Assembly (NCBI GenBank): GCA_040376705.1
Contig: JBEIQE010000001.1
Location: 58,193 to 122,192 of the forward strand
Length of the DNA stretch: 64,000 bases
Direction: 5' to 3'
Origin: Micavibrio sp.
Lineage (GTDB): Bacteria > Pseudomonadota > Alphaproteobacteria > UBA2400
In this document: piece by piece, positions 16,772 to 26,132 of the stretch
Position numbering within the stretch: position 1 is the stretch's first letter
How the letters are laid out: every line of letters starts with the position of its first letter
Notes under the pieces: model-generated
Told to the model about the DNA's origin: nothing
The model's database searches: none
Seen by the model: the letters and a program-made list of their open reading frames with translations, nothing else
Program-made: the position numbers and the translations under genes

Positions 16772-18299
16772 TGCCTGCAGGCAGGGTCTTCTCCCAAGCC
16801 GAGAGCGCTTTTTCTAGACGCTCAGCCTCAGCCGGATTGGCGAGGTAGAGGCTTACTGTATTGTGAGCTACCACAACGCTATCCCGATTAAAGCTAAATT
16901 CCCCTACTTTGCTCCAGCTGGCAGGTATCTGGTTGGTGAACCAAGGATCGTAAAGAATGAAGAGGCTAACCCCGTGGCGCGTAGCATAATCGGCCAGTGC
17001 CGCCTGATTCCATTTGCTGCCAAAGGCGCGTAGCTGTCTGACCTCCTCAGAGCCAAGGCCAAAAATATCATGCACCTGGTAGGGGTTTTGCCAACTTAGG
17101 TAGCCAATGTCATTCGCACCAACCGGGCCTTGCCAGAAGTTTTTTATCAGGCGCGTGTATTGCACCTGCTGCCAATAGATATCCTGACTGGCGTAGGGCA
17201 TTTTTGCTGTTGTCAGTAAACTAGCGTAAAAACAAAGCATGAATGCAAAGGCCCAGATGCAGCGCGAAGCAGGGCTGAACTTTATTGTCAGTATAACTGG
17301 GCGCAGGGTGTAGAGAAGCGCTATGAAGCCAAAGGCAAGTAGATAGCTATGATAGCGGTCACTCCAGATAACTCGCCCCCCCAGTATATGGGCAAGAATG
17401 CAAAGCATGGCCAGCAGAGCAATACGGTTTCGGTAAATCACCATCGTGATTGACAGGAAAACCAGTAAGATAATCAAAATGGATGACTGCGGATGCAGGA
17501 GGTTGAGCACGACACGCTCAAGAAAGACCTGAAACGGTTCGGCACCATTAATCGCGTCGGTTTTTATAAGAACCGAGCCCGCTACAAGAGGTAGGCCAAG
17601 TGAGTACAGATAAGCTGCATGTGCCAGCTGGATGGCTGTTTCTGTGGCGCCCACCAGCACGGCTACCAGTCTGTAACGCGTCGTCAACAGCCATAACAGG
17701 GTAAGGCCGAACAGCGCTATGCCTTCGTAGCGGATCATGGGCATAAGAATAAGCGCCGCCCAGAACCACTTGGGCAGAGGTTTATTCTCATTTAGATCGA
17801 TCAGTGCTGAGAGTACAGCCAACACGGTAGTAATATGCAGGCTGTGTTCCATGCCCAGCAGCAGCATGGTATAAATGTTGGTGGCCAGAGCAAAAAAGGC
17901 TACTAGCCAGCCAGTCGCATATGTTGGGTAAAGGTTGGTGAGGTTCAGCTGGCCAGAGATGCGGCACAGCAGCCACAGGCTGATGGCCGCAGGCACCAGG
18001 TTGAGAAACAGTGGTGCCAGCAGAAAATCAGCAAATGGCACCAGCAACCACGGATAGATTATTGATGAAGAGGCTGCCGCCGGAATGCCTGCCGTCGTAC
18101 CGTATTGGCCCGGCAAGAGGCTGGCGATAGCCAAATGAATATAGGTATCGTCTATCGGATAGGTGAAATGTCCCTCGGTCATATACAGGCTGCACGCCAG
18201 AAAAATGGCGATGATCAGCCCAGAGAGGGCAAGGGTTTGGGCATAAATACGCGGTGATGTACTTGAGTAAACCATATGCTTAACTTCGCCAGTGCTCAT
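16743..18299 (-). CDS. Multi-pass membrane protein with C-terminal soluble domain, paralog A (GT-C-like?)
   Basis: 518 aa. About 10 TM helices are followed by a roughly 180-aa C-terminal domain. A DD motif after the first TM (FTYPIDDTYIHL) is present. It is highly similar to the adjacent paralog B. It is antisense to the fliQ/fliR operon, and its 3' end overlaps the fliQ 3' end. Confidence 0.6.
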   Translation of the reverse strand: MSTGEVKHMVYSSTSPRIYAQTLALSGLIIAIFLACSLYMTEGHFTYPIDDTYIHLAIASLLPGQYGTTAGIPAAASSSIIYPWLLVPFADFLLAPLFLNLVPAAISLWLLCRISGQLNLTNLYPTYATGWLVAFFALATNIYTMLLLGMEHSLHITTVLAVLSALIDLNENKPLPKWFWAALILMPMIRYEGIALFGLTLLWLLTTRYRLVAVLVGATETAIQLAHAAYLYSLGLPLVAGSVLIKTDAINGAEPFQVFLERVVLNLLHPQSSILIILLVFLSITMVIYRNRIALLAMLCILAHILGGRVIWSDRYHSYLLAFGFIALLYTLRPVILTIKFSPASRCIWAFAFMLCFYASLLTTAKMPYASQDIYWQQVQYTRLIKNFWQGPVGANDIGYLSWQNPYQVHDIFGLGSEEVRQLRAFGSKWNQAALADYATRHGVSLFILYDPWFTNQIPASWSKVGEFSFNRDSVVVAHNTVSLYLANPAEAERLEKALSAWEKTLPAGTTLVRHQPE

Positions 18300-19843
18300 T
18301 TATATTGATGCCTTATAAGTGTTGTGCCGGCTGGCAGCGTCTTCTGCCATGCCATGAGGGCTTTTTCAAGCCGCTCGGCCTCAGCTGGATTGGCGAGATA
18401 AAGACTTACATAATTGTAGGCAACATTAACGTGTGGCCGGTTGAAGCTGAAATCTGCAACCTTGACCCAGCTGTCAGGCAGCTGTCCTGTAAACCAGGGG
18501 TCATAAATAATAAACAGGCTTAGATTATATCTGTTTGCATAGTCGTCCAGCTCTGCCGGATCCCAGCGATTACCATGCACGCGCAGCTGTCGCACTTCCT
18601 CAGAGCCGAGGCCGTAAATATCGTAAATCGGATAGGGGCTTTGCCAGCTTAGATAACCTATGTCGTTTGCACCAACTGGGTCTTGCCAAAAATCGCGTAC
18701 CAGCCGCGTGAATTGTACCTGCTGTAGATAAATATCCTGACTGGCATAAGGGGTTTTAAGCGTTGTCCAGAAGCTGCTGTGATAACTGGCAACAAAAACA
18801 ATCAGCCACAGTAGCCGGGAAATTGCATTGAACTCTATGCGAGCGATAGTTGGGCGCAGCAAATACATCAATACGATGAAGCTGAACGCGAGCAGATAGC
18901 TTTGGTAACGATCGCCCCATACAATTTTTCCCCCAATAAAATGAGCAATAATGCAGATAAACGCCAGTGCCACGATGCGATTGGCATGTTTGCCTGGCGC
19001 GAACAGCAGAAGTGCTGAGATAATAAGTAATATCCAGCTTCGTGGCTGAATCAGGTTATTGCGGATACGATCAAGAATACTGATGATTGGAGTGTCTATG
19101 TTGTTTACGCCGGTTTTTATCAGAATTGAGGCCGCTACCATGGGCAAGCCAGATGAATGCATATAAGCGGCGTGAATAAGGTGGACGCCCATCTCTATCC
19201 CGCCAACTATTAGGGCTGACATCCTGTATTGTGTGGTGAGCAGCCAGAGCAATGTAATGCCGAACATCGCAAATCCTTCGTAACGGATCATCGGCATCAG
19301 GATGAGTGCTGCCCAGAACCATTTGGGCAGTGGCTTCTTGTCATTCAGGTCGATCAGGCCGGAGAGTACAGCCAGAACAGCTGTAATATGCAGGCTGTGC
19401 TCCATCCCCAGCAGCGGCATACTGTAAAGGTTGCCCGCCAAACCAAGCAGCAAAATTATAGGGGCTGTTGCCCACGCGGGATAAAGAGTGATGAGGTTAA
19501 GCTGGGCCGAGATGCGGCAGAGCAGCCATAGGCTGGTTGCAAGTGCCAGCAGGTTAAGTACAAGTGGGGCAAACACCAAGTCGGCAAAGGGTGCCAGAAG
19601 CCACGGATATATAAGTGAGGATGAGGCTGCTGCCGGAATACCTGCCGTTGTGCCATATTGCCCCGGCAAGAGGCTGGCGATGGCCAGATGGATATAGGCA
19701 TCGTCAACCGCATAAGTGAAATGCCCGTCAGTCAGGTACAGGCTGCAACCCACAAGAACGGCAATAACCAGGCCCGAGAGGGCAAGCGTTTGGGCGTAAA
19801 TACGGGCAGAAGGCATGACGGCACATATAGCTGAGAGCGCCAT
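18296..19843 (-). CDS. Multi-pass membrane protein with C-terminal soluble domain, paralog B (GT-C-like?)
   Basis: 515 aa. It aligns along its full length with paralog A (FTYAVDDAYIHLAIASLLPGQYGTTAGIPAAASS...ANPAEAERLEKAL). Confidence 0.6.
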   Translation of the reverse strand: MALSAICAVMPSARIYAQTLALSGLVIAVLVGCSLYLTDGHFTYAVDDAYIHLAIASLLPGQYGTTAGIPAAASSSLIYPWLLAPFADLVFAPLVLNLLALATSLWLLCRISAQLNLITLYPAWATAPIILLLGLAGNLYSMPLLGMEHSLHITAVLAVLSGLIDLNDKKPLPKWFWAALILMPMIRYEGFAMFGITLLWLLTTQYRMSALIVGGIEMGVHLIHAAYMHSSGLPMVAASILIKTGVNNIDTPIISILDRIRNNLIQPRSWILLIISALLLFAPGKHANRIVALAFICIIAHFIGGKIVWGDRYQSYLLAFSFIVLMYLLRPTIARIEFNAISRLLWLIVFVASYHSSFWTTLKTPYASQDIYLQQVQFTRLVRDFWQDPVGANDIGYLSWQSPYPIYDIYGLGSEEVRQLRVHGNRWDPAELDDYANRYNLSLFIIYDPWFTGQLPDSWVKVADFSFNRPHVNVAYNYVSLYLANPAEAERLEKALMAWQKTLPAGTTLIRHQYK

Positions 19844-19861
19844 ATTGCGCTATCCTAAGTT

Positions 19862-20638
19862 ATGCCTGAGTCGGTACTGCAAGAGCTGCTCACAACCAAT
19901 GTCTTCGCGTGGATGCTAATCTTCACGCGGGTGGGCTCCGCTTTTATCGTTTTGCCGGGTGTTGGCGAGGCGTTTGTGCCGTCGCGCATTCGTCTGCTGT
20001 TCGCGCTTACGGTCAGTGCGCTGCTGGTGCCGGTAATTGGCCCCAAGTTACCTGCCATGCCAGCACAGGTGCTCGACCTGCTGGCACTGATTGCGGGTGA
20101 AGCATTCTACGGCCTGTTCATTGGTATTGTGGCACGGCTCATCATGTCCACAGTTGAAACTGCGGGTATGATCATCGCCATGCAGATATCGCTTTCCAAC
20201 GCGTCGGTTTTCAACCCCGCCATGGCAGCGCAAAGCTCGCTCACCTCGGCGCTTTTGGGCGTAGCTGCGCTGGCGCTGATGTTCGCGGCTGATTTGCACC
20301 ACTTGCTGCTCTGGGCGGTGGCGGATAGTTATACGGTATTCACTCCCGGCACCTTCCCGCAAATGGGCGATCATGCCACCACTTATGCAAGGTTACTGGG
20401 GCAGAGCTTTGGTGTGGCCACGCAGCTTTCGGCGCCGTTTTTGGTGCTAGGTCTTGTTTTTTATCTCGGCCTTGGCCTGCTGGCGCGCCTCATGCCGCAG
20501 TTGCAGATCTTCTTCATCGCCATTCCAGCGCAGATTTATCTCGGGCTTATCATTTTGGGCTTAACCCTCTCCACCATGATGATGGTGTGGCTGAACTACG
20601 CCCGCTTTACAATCAACGCTTTGATGGGGGTCGAATAA
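19862..20638 (+). CDS. fliR: Flagellar biosynthesis protein FliR
   Basis: 258 aa, 6-7 TM. The FliR N-terminal region is FAWMLIFTRVGSAFIVLPGVGE. Confidence 0.85.
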   Translation: MPESVLQELLTTNVFAWMLIFTRVGSAFIVLPGVGEAFVPSRIRLLFALTVSALLVPVIGPKLPAMPAQVLDLLALIAGEAFYGLFIGIVARLIMSTVETAGMIIAMQISLSNASVFNPAMAAQSSLTSALLGVAALALMFAADLHHLLLWAVADSYTVFTPGTFPQMGDHATTYARLLGQSFGVATQLSAPFLVLGLVFYLGLGLLARLMPQLQIFFIAIPAQIYLGLIILGLTLSTMMMVWLNYARFTINALMGVE

Positions 20639-20639
20639 G

Positions 20640-21731
20640 ATGTCCGAAGGCGAAGATGACTCCAGTAAAACGGAAGAGCCCTCCCAAAAAAAGCTAGAAG
20701 ACGCACGAAAAAAGGGCGAGACGGTCCTTTCCCGTGAAATCTCCCACTGGTTCATGATTTTGGCTGGCATGATGTTCATCATGCTCATCGCCGGGCCGCT
20801 GATGCGCGATCTGGGGCAGGCGCTGCTGCCGTTCATCACACGGCCACATGATTTGCCGGTCAGCACTATGGGCGAGATTGGCGCTGTGCTGAGCATCATG
20901 CTCAAGGCCACCATCATTGCCCTCTTGCTGCCGTTTTTGGCCTTCATCATCGGTGCGATTGCAGGCCCCATGCTGCAGGTGGGCCCCATGTGGTCGCCTG
21001 ACAGTATGATGCCCAAGCTTGAGCGTGTTTCGCTGATCGCGGGTATTGGCCGTATGTTCTCCAAGCGCAATCTGGTTGAGTTTATCAAGGGTCTGCTCAA
21101 GCTCACGATTGTCGCGATTGTGGTGATCTGGAGCGCATGGCCTTCTACGCCCACCATCGAGCATAGTATCGACCTGAGCCTTGTCGCCATGATGCTGCTG
21201 GTGAAAGAGATCAGCATGGATATTCTGGTCAGTGTGCTGGTGGTGATGTTCTGTATTGCCGCCGCCGACTATCTGGCTCAGCGTTTCATGTTCATGTCGC
21301 GCATGCGCATGAGCCGCTCGGAAATGAAGGAAGAATACAAACAGAGCGAAGGTGACCCGATCATCAAGCAGCGTCTGCGCCAGTTGCGTATGGAGCGTGC
21401 GCGCCAGCGCATGATGGCCTCTGTCCCCACGGCCGACGTTGTTATTACAAACCCTGAGCATTACGCGGTTGCTCTTAAATACAACCCGCCCGAGGATGCC
21501 GCACCTATTGTTGTGGCCATGGGTATGGACAATATCGCCCAGAAAATTAAGGAAGTCGCGCGCGAGCATGATATCCCGGTTGTCGAGAACCCGCCATTGG
21601 CCCGTGCGCTGTATGCGACTGCCGATATTGACCGGCAGATTCCCGGCGAGCACTACCGTGCGGTGGCCGAAATCATCAGCTATGTCTTCAAGCTCAAGAA
21701 CAAGATTATTAAACCCCAGCCAAAGAAGTAA
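20640..21731 (+). CDS. flhB: Flagellar biosynthesis protein FlhB
   Basis: 363 aa with 4 TM. An NPxH autocleavage site is present as NPEH (VVITNPEHYAVAL). The C-terminal domain is conserved. Confidence 0.9.
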   Translation: MSEGEDDSSKTEEPSQKKLEDARKKGETVLSREISHWFMILAGMMFIMLIAGPLMRDLGQALLPFITRPHDLPVSTMGEIGAVLSIMLKATIIALLLPFLAFIIGAIAGPMLQVGPMWSPDSMMPKLERVSLIAGIGRMFSKRNLVEFIKGLLKLTIVAIVVIWSAWPSTPTIEHSIDLSLVAMMLLVKEISMDILVSVLVVMFCIAAADYLAQRFMFMSRMRMSRSEMKEEYKQSEGDPIIKQRLRQLRMERARQRMMASVPTADVVITNPEHYAVALKYNPPEDAAPIVVAMGMDNIAQKIKEVAREHDIPVVENPPLARALYATADIDRQIPGEHYRAVAEIISYVFKLKNKIIKPQPKK

Positions 21732-21734
21732 GGC

Positions 21735-22658
21735 TTAAGGGGCAGGGTGCGTTAGCGCTTTGGGGTCGAAATACTCGGGCAGCACGCGGCGTAATTGCTG
21801 CTGGCGCAGCGTGAGGCGCTCAATATCAGTGGTAAAATTCTGTGTCCACTGCGCATAGGGCTGCAGGCGTGCAGCCAGCTGCTGCATGCGGCTCTGCGGG
21901 TAATGCTCAATTGCGGTAACAGCGGCTTCAACATAAGGCGCGATTTTATCTGGCGGCAGGGTGAACAGCGCCCAGCGCTGGTCCTGGTCGAGTGCGGTTG
22001 GAATGCGATCTGGCGGGTCGATATAGAAATTCACTTTATCGAGGTCGACGCCATACATTTGCGTATAGCGGCCCTGTGCACCCCGTGCGCCCAGTACAAT
22101 GCTGCCACTGTGGCGGTCATAATTACGCATCCAGATATCGGCTACGCTCAGCGCGGCAAAGGCGGGGGCCAGCTCAGGGTTCTCCTGCAGGAACACAGGG
22201 TAGTGCCGGTCGACCATCATCAGGCTGCACCTGCCGCCTGTGCATACCTCATCAATCGACTTGGCATTTTCATAGGCTACAAGGCTGATGAGAGCATTCG
22301 GCACATCAGGGCGCTGCGGGTTTGTTGCCATAAGCGCTGCTGGAGCATGCGGCAGGCGCAGGTCTTGCAGGATGTCGCTAAAGAATTTCTCACGCAGCAG
22401 GCTGCCGCTGGGCTTATAGCTCTCGCTGTTACAGAAATGATCAGGTTTGAGGTAGCCTATAGCTGTCTCGCTGGCCCTGTATTGGTGCCAGGATTTATAG
22501 CGCGAAGGGCCGATTATTTCGGTAAAACGCTGCGTGATGACTTCCCCGCTCAGGCGGTCAGCCTCCTGCTCAATCGCTACGCTAAAGCTGCGCAGCTCGC
22601 TTAAGCGCGCTACAGCAGCGTTAAAAGCCGGTGAGGGAGCTTTTTTGAAAGCGAGCAT
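21735..22658 (-). CDS. Hypothetical protein (308 aa)
   Basis: The ORF track extends to 23057, but that region overlaps the convergent kinase gene. The internal Met MLAFKK at 22658 is the likely start. There is a Y-D-R-H-S-G-S motif. Confidence 0.5.
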   Translation of the reverse strand: MLAFKKAPSPAFNAAVARLSELRSFSVAIEQEADRLSGEVITQRFTEIIGPSRYKSWHQYRASETAIGYLKPDHFCNSESYKPSGSLLREKFFSDILQDLRLPHAPAALMATNPQRPDVPNALISLVAYENAKSIDEVCTGGRCSLMMVDRHYPVFLQENPELAPAFAALSVADIWMRNYDRHSGSIVLGARGAQGRYTQMYGVDLDKVNFYIDPPDRIPTALDQDQRWALFTLPPDKIAPYVEAAVTAIEHYPQSRMQQLAARLQPYAQWTQNFTTDIERLTLRQQQLRRVLPEYFDPKALTHPAP

Positions 22659-22788
22659 GTCGCGAGGATAGCGACTCCGCGCCTTGAATTTCAAGCGATT
22701 AGAGTAAATCTTTATTAACCATAACCTGCCCAAATGCACAGGGAATTGAAGTCGATTCCTTTTTGACGGGAATTGGCAGAGGGAATTT

Positions 22789-25410
22789 ATGGACGAGAGC
22801 AACAAACCAGCACCCGATAACAAGCCGATGGTAAACGAAATTCCGTTCGCTGTGCCGGCTGTTGTCGTGCCCGAAGTGCTGGTTGCGGTGCAGACGATTG
22901 AAGAGCTCAAGTCCACCACGGCAGGGGTAAAGCCCAGCCGCGTGTTGCTGTTCTCGGGTGGGGTAATTCTCGCTACCGCCATGGCGGGCCTGTTTGTGGC
23001 CTTGGGCGGCAAGAATTTTGGTCTTGAGGTGGACGTACCGGTTATTGCCTCGGTCATGGCGGGTCTGGCGAGCTTCTCGGCGCTGGTGCTGCTGATGGTC
23101 GATCGCTACCAATCCCAGCTTGAGCGCGAACGCGCCCTGATGGTCGAGACAATTGACGAAGGCCTCACTGGCCGCTTCATCACCGGCCCCAATGGCGAGC
23201 TGGTCTTTGCCAATCAGGCGTTCTGGCGGCAGCTGGCCCCATTACCTGAAGGCGCGGACCGCACTAAACCTGAGGCCGTACTGATGAGCTACTTCGCCCG
23301 TGACCCGGGTAGGGATGCTGACTTCAAGCGCGTATCGCAGCAGGCACATGCCGGTCAGTTCAGCGCGTGCGAATTGTTCCTGCGCGATGCTGCAGGCGTA
23401 ACCCATTGCTATCTGCTCGAGGGTTGGCCCTCAGCCAACTACAAGGGCTATGTAAACTGGCGCCTTGAAGACATTACCCCGCGCCTGCAGGTGCAAGAGG
23501 CCATTCAGCGCGAGCAGGCCCGCTGGGCTGATTTTATGGACCATGCGCCGGTTGGTTTCTACTCGGCCGATGCCGAGGGCAAGTTCATCTTCGCCAATTC
23601 GACATTGGCGCGCTGGTTGGGCAGCAATGCCCGCGAAGTGATGGATGGCCTGCGCCTGCATGATGTGATGGTGAAAGCCCCGCTCGATGGCACCAAGTTT
23701 GATATTACGGTTGAGGGCGGCGAGTTCCAGCAGGGCGAATTCACCCTGCGTGGCCCGGGTGGCCGCCAGTTCCAGGCACTGATTGCGCAGACTGTTGATA
23801 AAAGCCGTGAAGGGCTTATCCGCACCCGCGCTGTGGTGCACGATCTTACCGCCGAGCGTGAATGGCAAAGCGCCCTGCAAGAGAGCCAGGCGCGCTTCCG
23901 CCGCTTCTTTGAAGAAAGCCCGATTGGTGTGGCGCTGGTGGCCGAAGGCGGCATGCTGGCGGAGTGCAACCCGGCCTTCCTGAAGATGATTGGTTCGGAT
24001 GCCGCGCATATTCTGGCCCAGCCGCTCGACCGCTTTGTGATTGGTGCGCAGGGTGGGCTTGAGCAGAACCTGGCCCGCGTTGCCTCAGGCGAAGTAACCG
24101 GCATGACGCAAGAAGTGAAGCTGAAGGGCAGTGCCGATCGCGAAATCATGGCACAGCTCTACATTCGCCGCCTTGAGGCAGATGATGTAACCGGCGCGAA
24201 GCTTATTCTGCACTTCATCGATTTGTCTGAGCAGAAGAACCTTGAAGCGCGCTTTGCCCAGTCGCAGAAGATGCAGGCCATTGGCCAGCTGGCGGGCGGT
24301 GTGGCGCACGATTTCAACAACCTCCTTACTGCCATGATCGGTTTCTGCGATCTACTGCTCCTGCGTCACAAGCCGGGCGATGCTTCGTTTGCCGATATCA
24401 TGCAGATCAAGCAGAATGCCAATCGCGCAGCCGGCCTTGTGCGTCAGCTGCTGGCTTTCTCGCGTCAGCAGACACTGCAGCCACGCGTGCTGAACCTTAC
24501 CGATGTGCTGGTTGAACTCTCGAACCTGCTGCGCCGCCTGATTGGCGAGAATATTCAGCTCAACATGCAGCATGGCCGCGAATTGGGCCTCGTGAAAGCC
24601 GATCAGGGCCAGATCGAGCAGGTCATCATCAATATGGCGGTAAACGCGCGCGATGCCATGCCCGCGGGCGGTAAACTCTCCATCACTACCAGCAACTTTG
24701 CGCTCAAGGCACCGCTGCGCCGCGAGCACGATGAAGTGCCGCCGGGTGAGTGGATTGTGACCGAAATATCGGATACCGGTACCGGCATTCCGGCCGATAT
24801 CATTGGCCGTATTTTTGATCCGTTCTTCTCGACCAAAGAAGTGGGCAAGGGCACAGGCTTGGGCCTCTCTACCTGCTACGGTATTGTAAAGCAGACCGGT
24901 GGCTTTGTGTTCGTGGACAGCGAAATGGGCCGCGGCACCAAGTTTACGGTTTACTTGCCGCGCTACACCCGCACGGCGGATGAAATTGCTGAAGTGCAGA
25001 AGCAGGAAACAGCAGCGCAGATTTCGCCCGACCTGACCGGCGCTGGCGTGATCATGCTGATTGAAGATGAAGATGCCGTACGCATGTTCGCGTCGCGTGC
25101 GCTCAAGAACAAGGGTTATACAGTGGTTGAGGCCCGCTCGGGCGACCATGCGCTTGAAGTACTCAAGACCTATACCGGCAAAATCGACCTCATCGTGTCA
25201 GACGTTATGATGCCGGGTACCGATGGCCCGACCACGCTGAAGGAAATTCGCCGCAGCCTGCCCACCATCAAGGCCATTTTCATTTCGGGTTACTCGGAAG
25301 AGCGCCTGAAAGAAAGCTTCGAGACCGGCGAGGCGGTACACTTCCTGCCCAAGCCATTCTCGCTCAAGCAATTGGCCGAGAAGGTGAAAGAAGTTCTGCG
25401 TGAAGGCTGA
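22789..25410 (+). CDS. Hybrid sensor histidine kinase/response regulator, CckA-like (TM - PAS x2-3 - HisKA - HATPase - REC)
   Basis: An N-terminal TM pair is followed by PAS-like segments. The H-box is HDFNNLLTAMIGF, the G-box is GTGLGLS, and the C-terminal receiver is LIVSDVMMPGTDG. Total length is 873 aa. Confidence 0.85.
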   Translation: MDESNKPAPDNKPMVNEIPFAVPAVVVPEVLVAVQTIEELKSTTAGVKPSRVLLFSGGVILATAMAGLFVALGGKNFGLEVDVPVIASVMAGLASFSALVLLMVDRYQSQLERERALMVETIDEGLTGRFITGPNGELVFANQAFWRQLAPLPEGADRTKPEAVLMSYFARDPGRDADFKRVSQQAHAGQFSACELFLRDAAGVTHCYLLEGWPSANYKGYVNWRLEDITPRLQVQEAIQREQARWADFMDHAPVGFYSADAEGKFIFANSTLARWLGSNAREVMDGLRLHDVMVKAPLDGTKFDITVEGGEFQQGEFTLRGPGGRQFQALIAQTVDKSREGLIRTRAVVHDLTAEREWQSALQESQARFRRFFEESPIGVALVAEGGMLAECNPAFLKMIGSDAAHILAQPLDRFVIGAQGGLEQNLARVASGEVTGMTQEVKLKGSADREIMAQLYIRRLEADDVTGAKLILHFIDLSEQKNLEARFAQSQKMQAIGQLAGGVAHDFNNLLTAMIGFCDLLLLRHKPGDASFADIMQIKQNANRAAGLVRQLLAFSRQQTLQPRVLNLTDVLVELSNLLRRLIGENIQLNMQHGRELGLVKADQGQIEQVIINMAVNARDAMPAGGKLSITTSNFALKAPLRREHDEVPPGEWIVTEISDTGTGIPADIIGRIFDPFFSTKEVGKGTGLGLSTCYGIVKQTGGFVFVDSEMGRGTKFTVYLPRYTRTADEIAEVQKQETAAQISPDLTGAGVIMLIEDEDAVRMFASRALKNKGYTVVEARSGDHALEVLKTYTGKIDLIVSDVMMPGTDGPTTLKEIRRSLPTIKAIFISGYSEERLKESFETGEAVHFLPKPFSLKQLAEKVKEVLREG

Positions 25411-25419
25411 TGCCTGCCG

Positions 25420-26043
25420 TTAGCTTTGGTTGAATGGCTTGGCAATAGCGCTTTGTATAGTGGCATGCGTTGCGCGCAGGTTATGCGAGAGCATTACGTC
25501 ATTACCGGCTTCAGATAGTTTGGCAAAAGCAGTGCAAACAATGCGGTCGGCCTCTGCGGGCTCAATCTTATAGAGCCTGCCAATGTTGGCGCAGATCTTT
25601 TTCCATGCACTCGAGGGCTCGGCGAAAGCGCCGGGGCGCAGTTCCTGCTCGGTCACATTAACAGTTTCTGATCTGTCATCCATACCGCGTGCAACCCTGA
25701 TGTCGGTTGAAACCATATGCACGAAGTGATTGGCACTGCCACAAGCCGCCATATCAGCCTGATCGGCATGAGCCTGCTGCACAAACTGGCGCGCGGCTTC
25801 ATCATCCTTCAGGACTGGTTCAAGCACAGCGAAAAATTCCTTATCTCCCTTCAGAAGGGGGCTGCTCGTCAGCTCAGCGCGGGCTTCGGCAATCTGCTGC
25901 TCAATTGGCGGCTGCGGTTTAGCCAGCATGACCGCATGAGCCGACTCCCTGAAGGCATTATACAATGTGCTGCTAATCTCTTCGCGTGTCGCATAGTCCT
26001 GATTGCTGATGGCGATCTGGCTGAGATACTGGCTGCGGATCAT
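25420..26043 (-). CDS. Hypothetical protein (207 aa), downstream of the J-domain gene
   Basis: No recognisable motifs. It is on the same strand as, and 90 bp after, the J-domain gene. Confidence 0.45.
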   Translation of the reverse strand: MIRSQYLSQIAISNQDYATREEISSTLYNAFRESAHAVMLAKPQPPIEQQIAEARAELTSSPLLKGDKEFFAVLEPVLKDDEAARQFVQQAHADQADMAACGSANHFVHMVSTDIRVARGMDDRSETVNVTEQELRPGAFAEPSSAWKKICANIGRLYKIEPAEADRIVCTAFAKLSEAGNDVMLSHNLRATHATIQSAIAKPFNQS

Positions 26044-26132
26044 GGTGATCTCCGGAAAATGTTACTCAAAGGCAAGCTAGCACCCTGCATCAAGCGACTT
26101 CCAGCAAAATCACTCCACTAGATGCCGGTGTT

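Noticed and set aside
20694-21653. 319-aa minus-strand ORF opposite flhB
   Set aside because: It overlaps the conserved FlhB gene entirely. The His/Arg-rich nonsense composition makes it unlikely to be real.
21795-22604. 269-aa plus-strand ORF overlapping the 308-aa hypothetical gene
   Set aside because: The minus-strand frame has the better start context and ends at the flhB stop. Only one of the two can be real. I chose the minus frame because of the DRH-containing conserved-looking segment, but this is not certain.
24352-25149. 265-aa minus-strand ORF inside the CckA-like kinase gene
   Set aside because: It is antisense to the HATPase and REC domains of a strongly supported gene.
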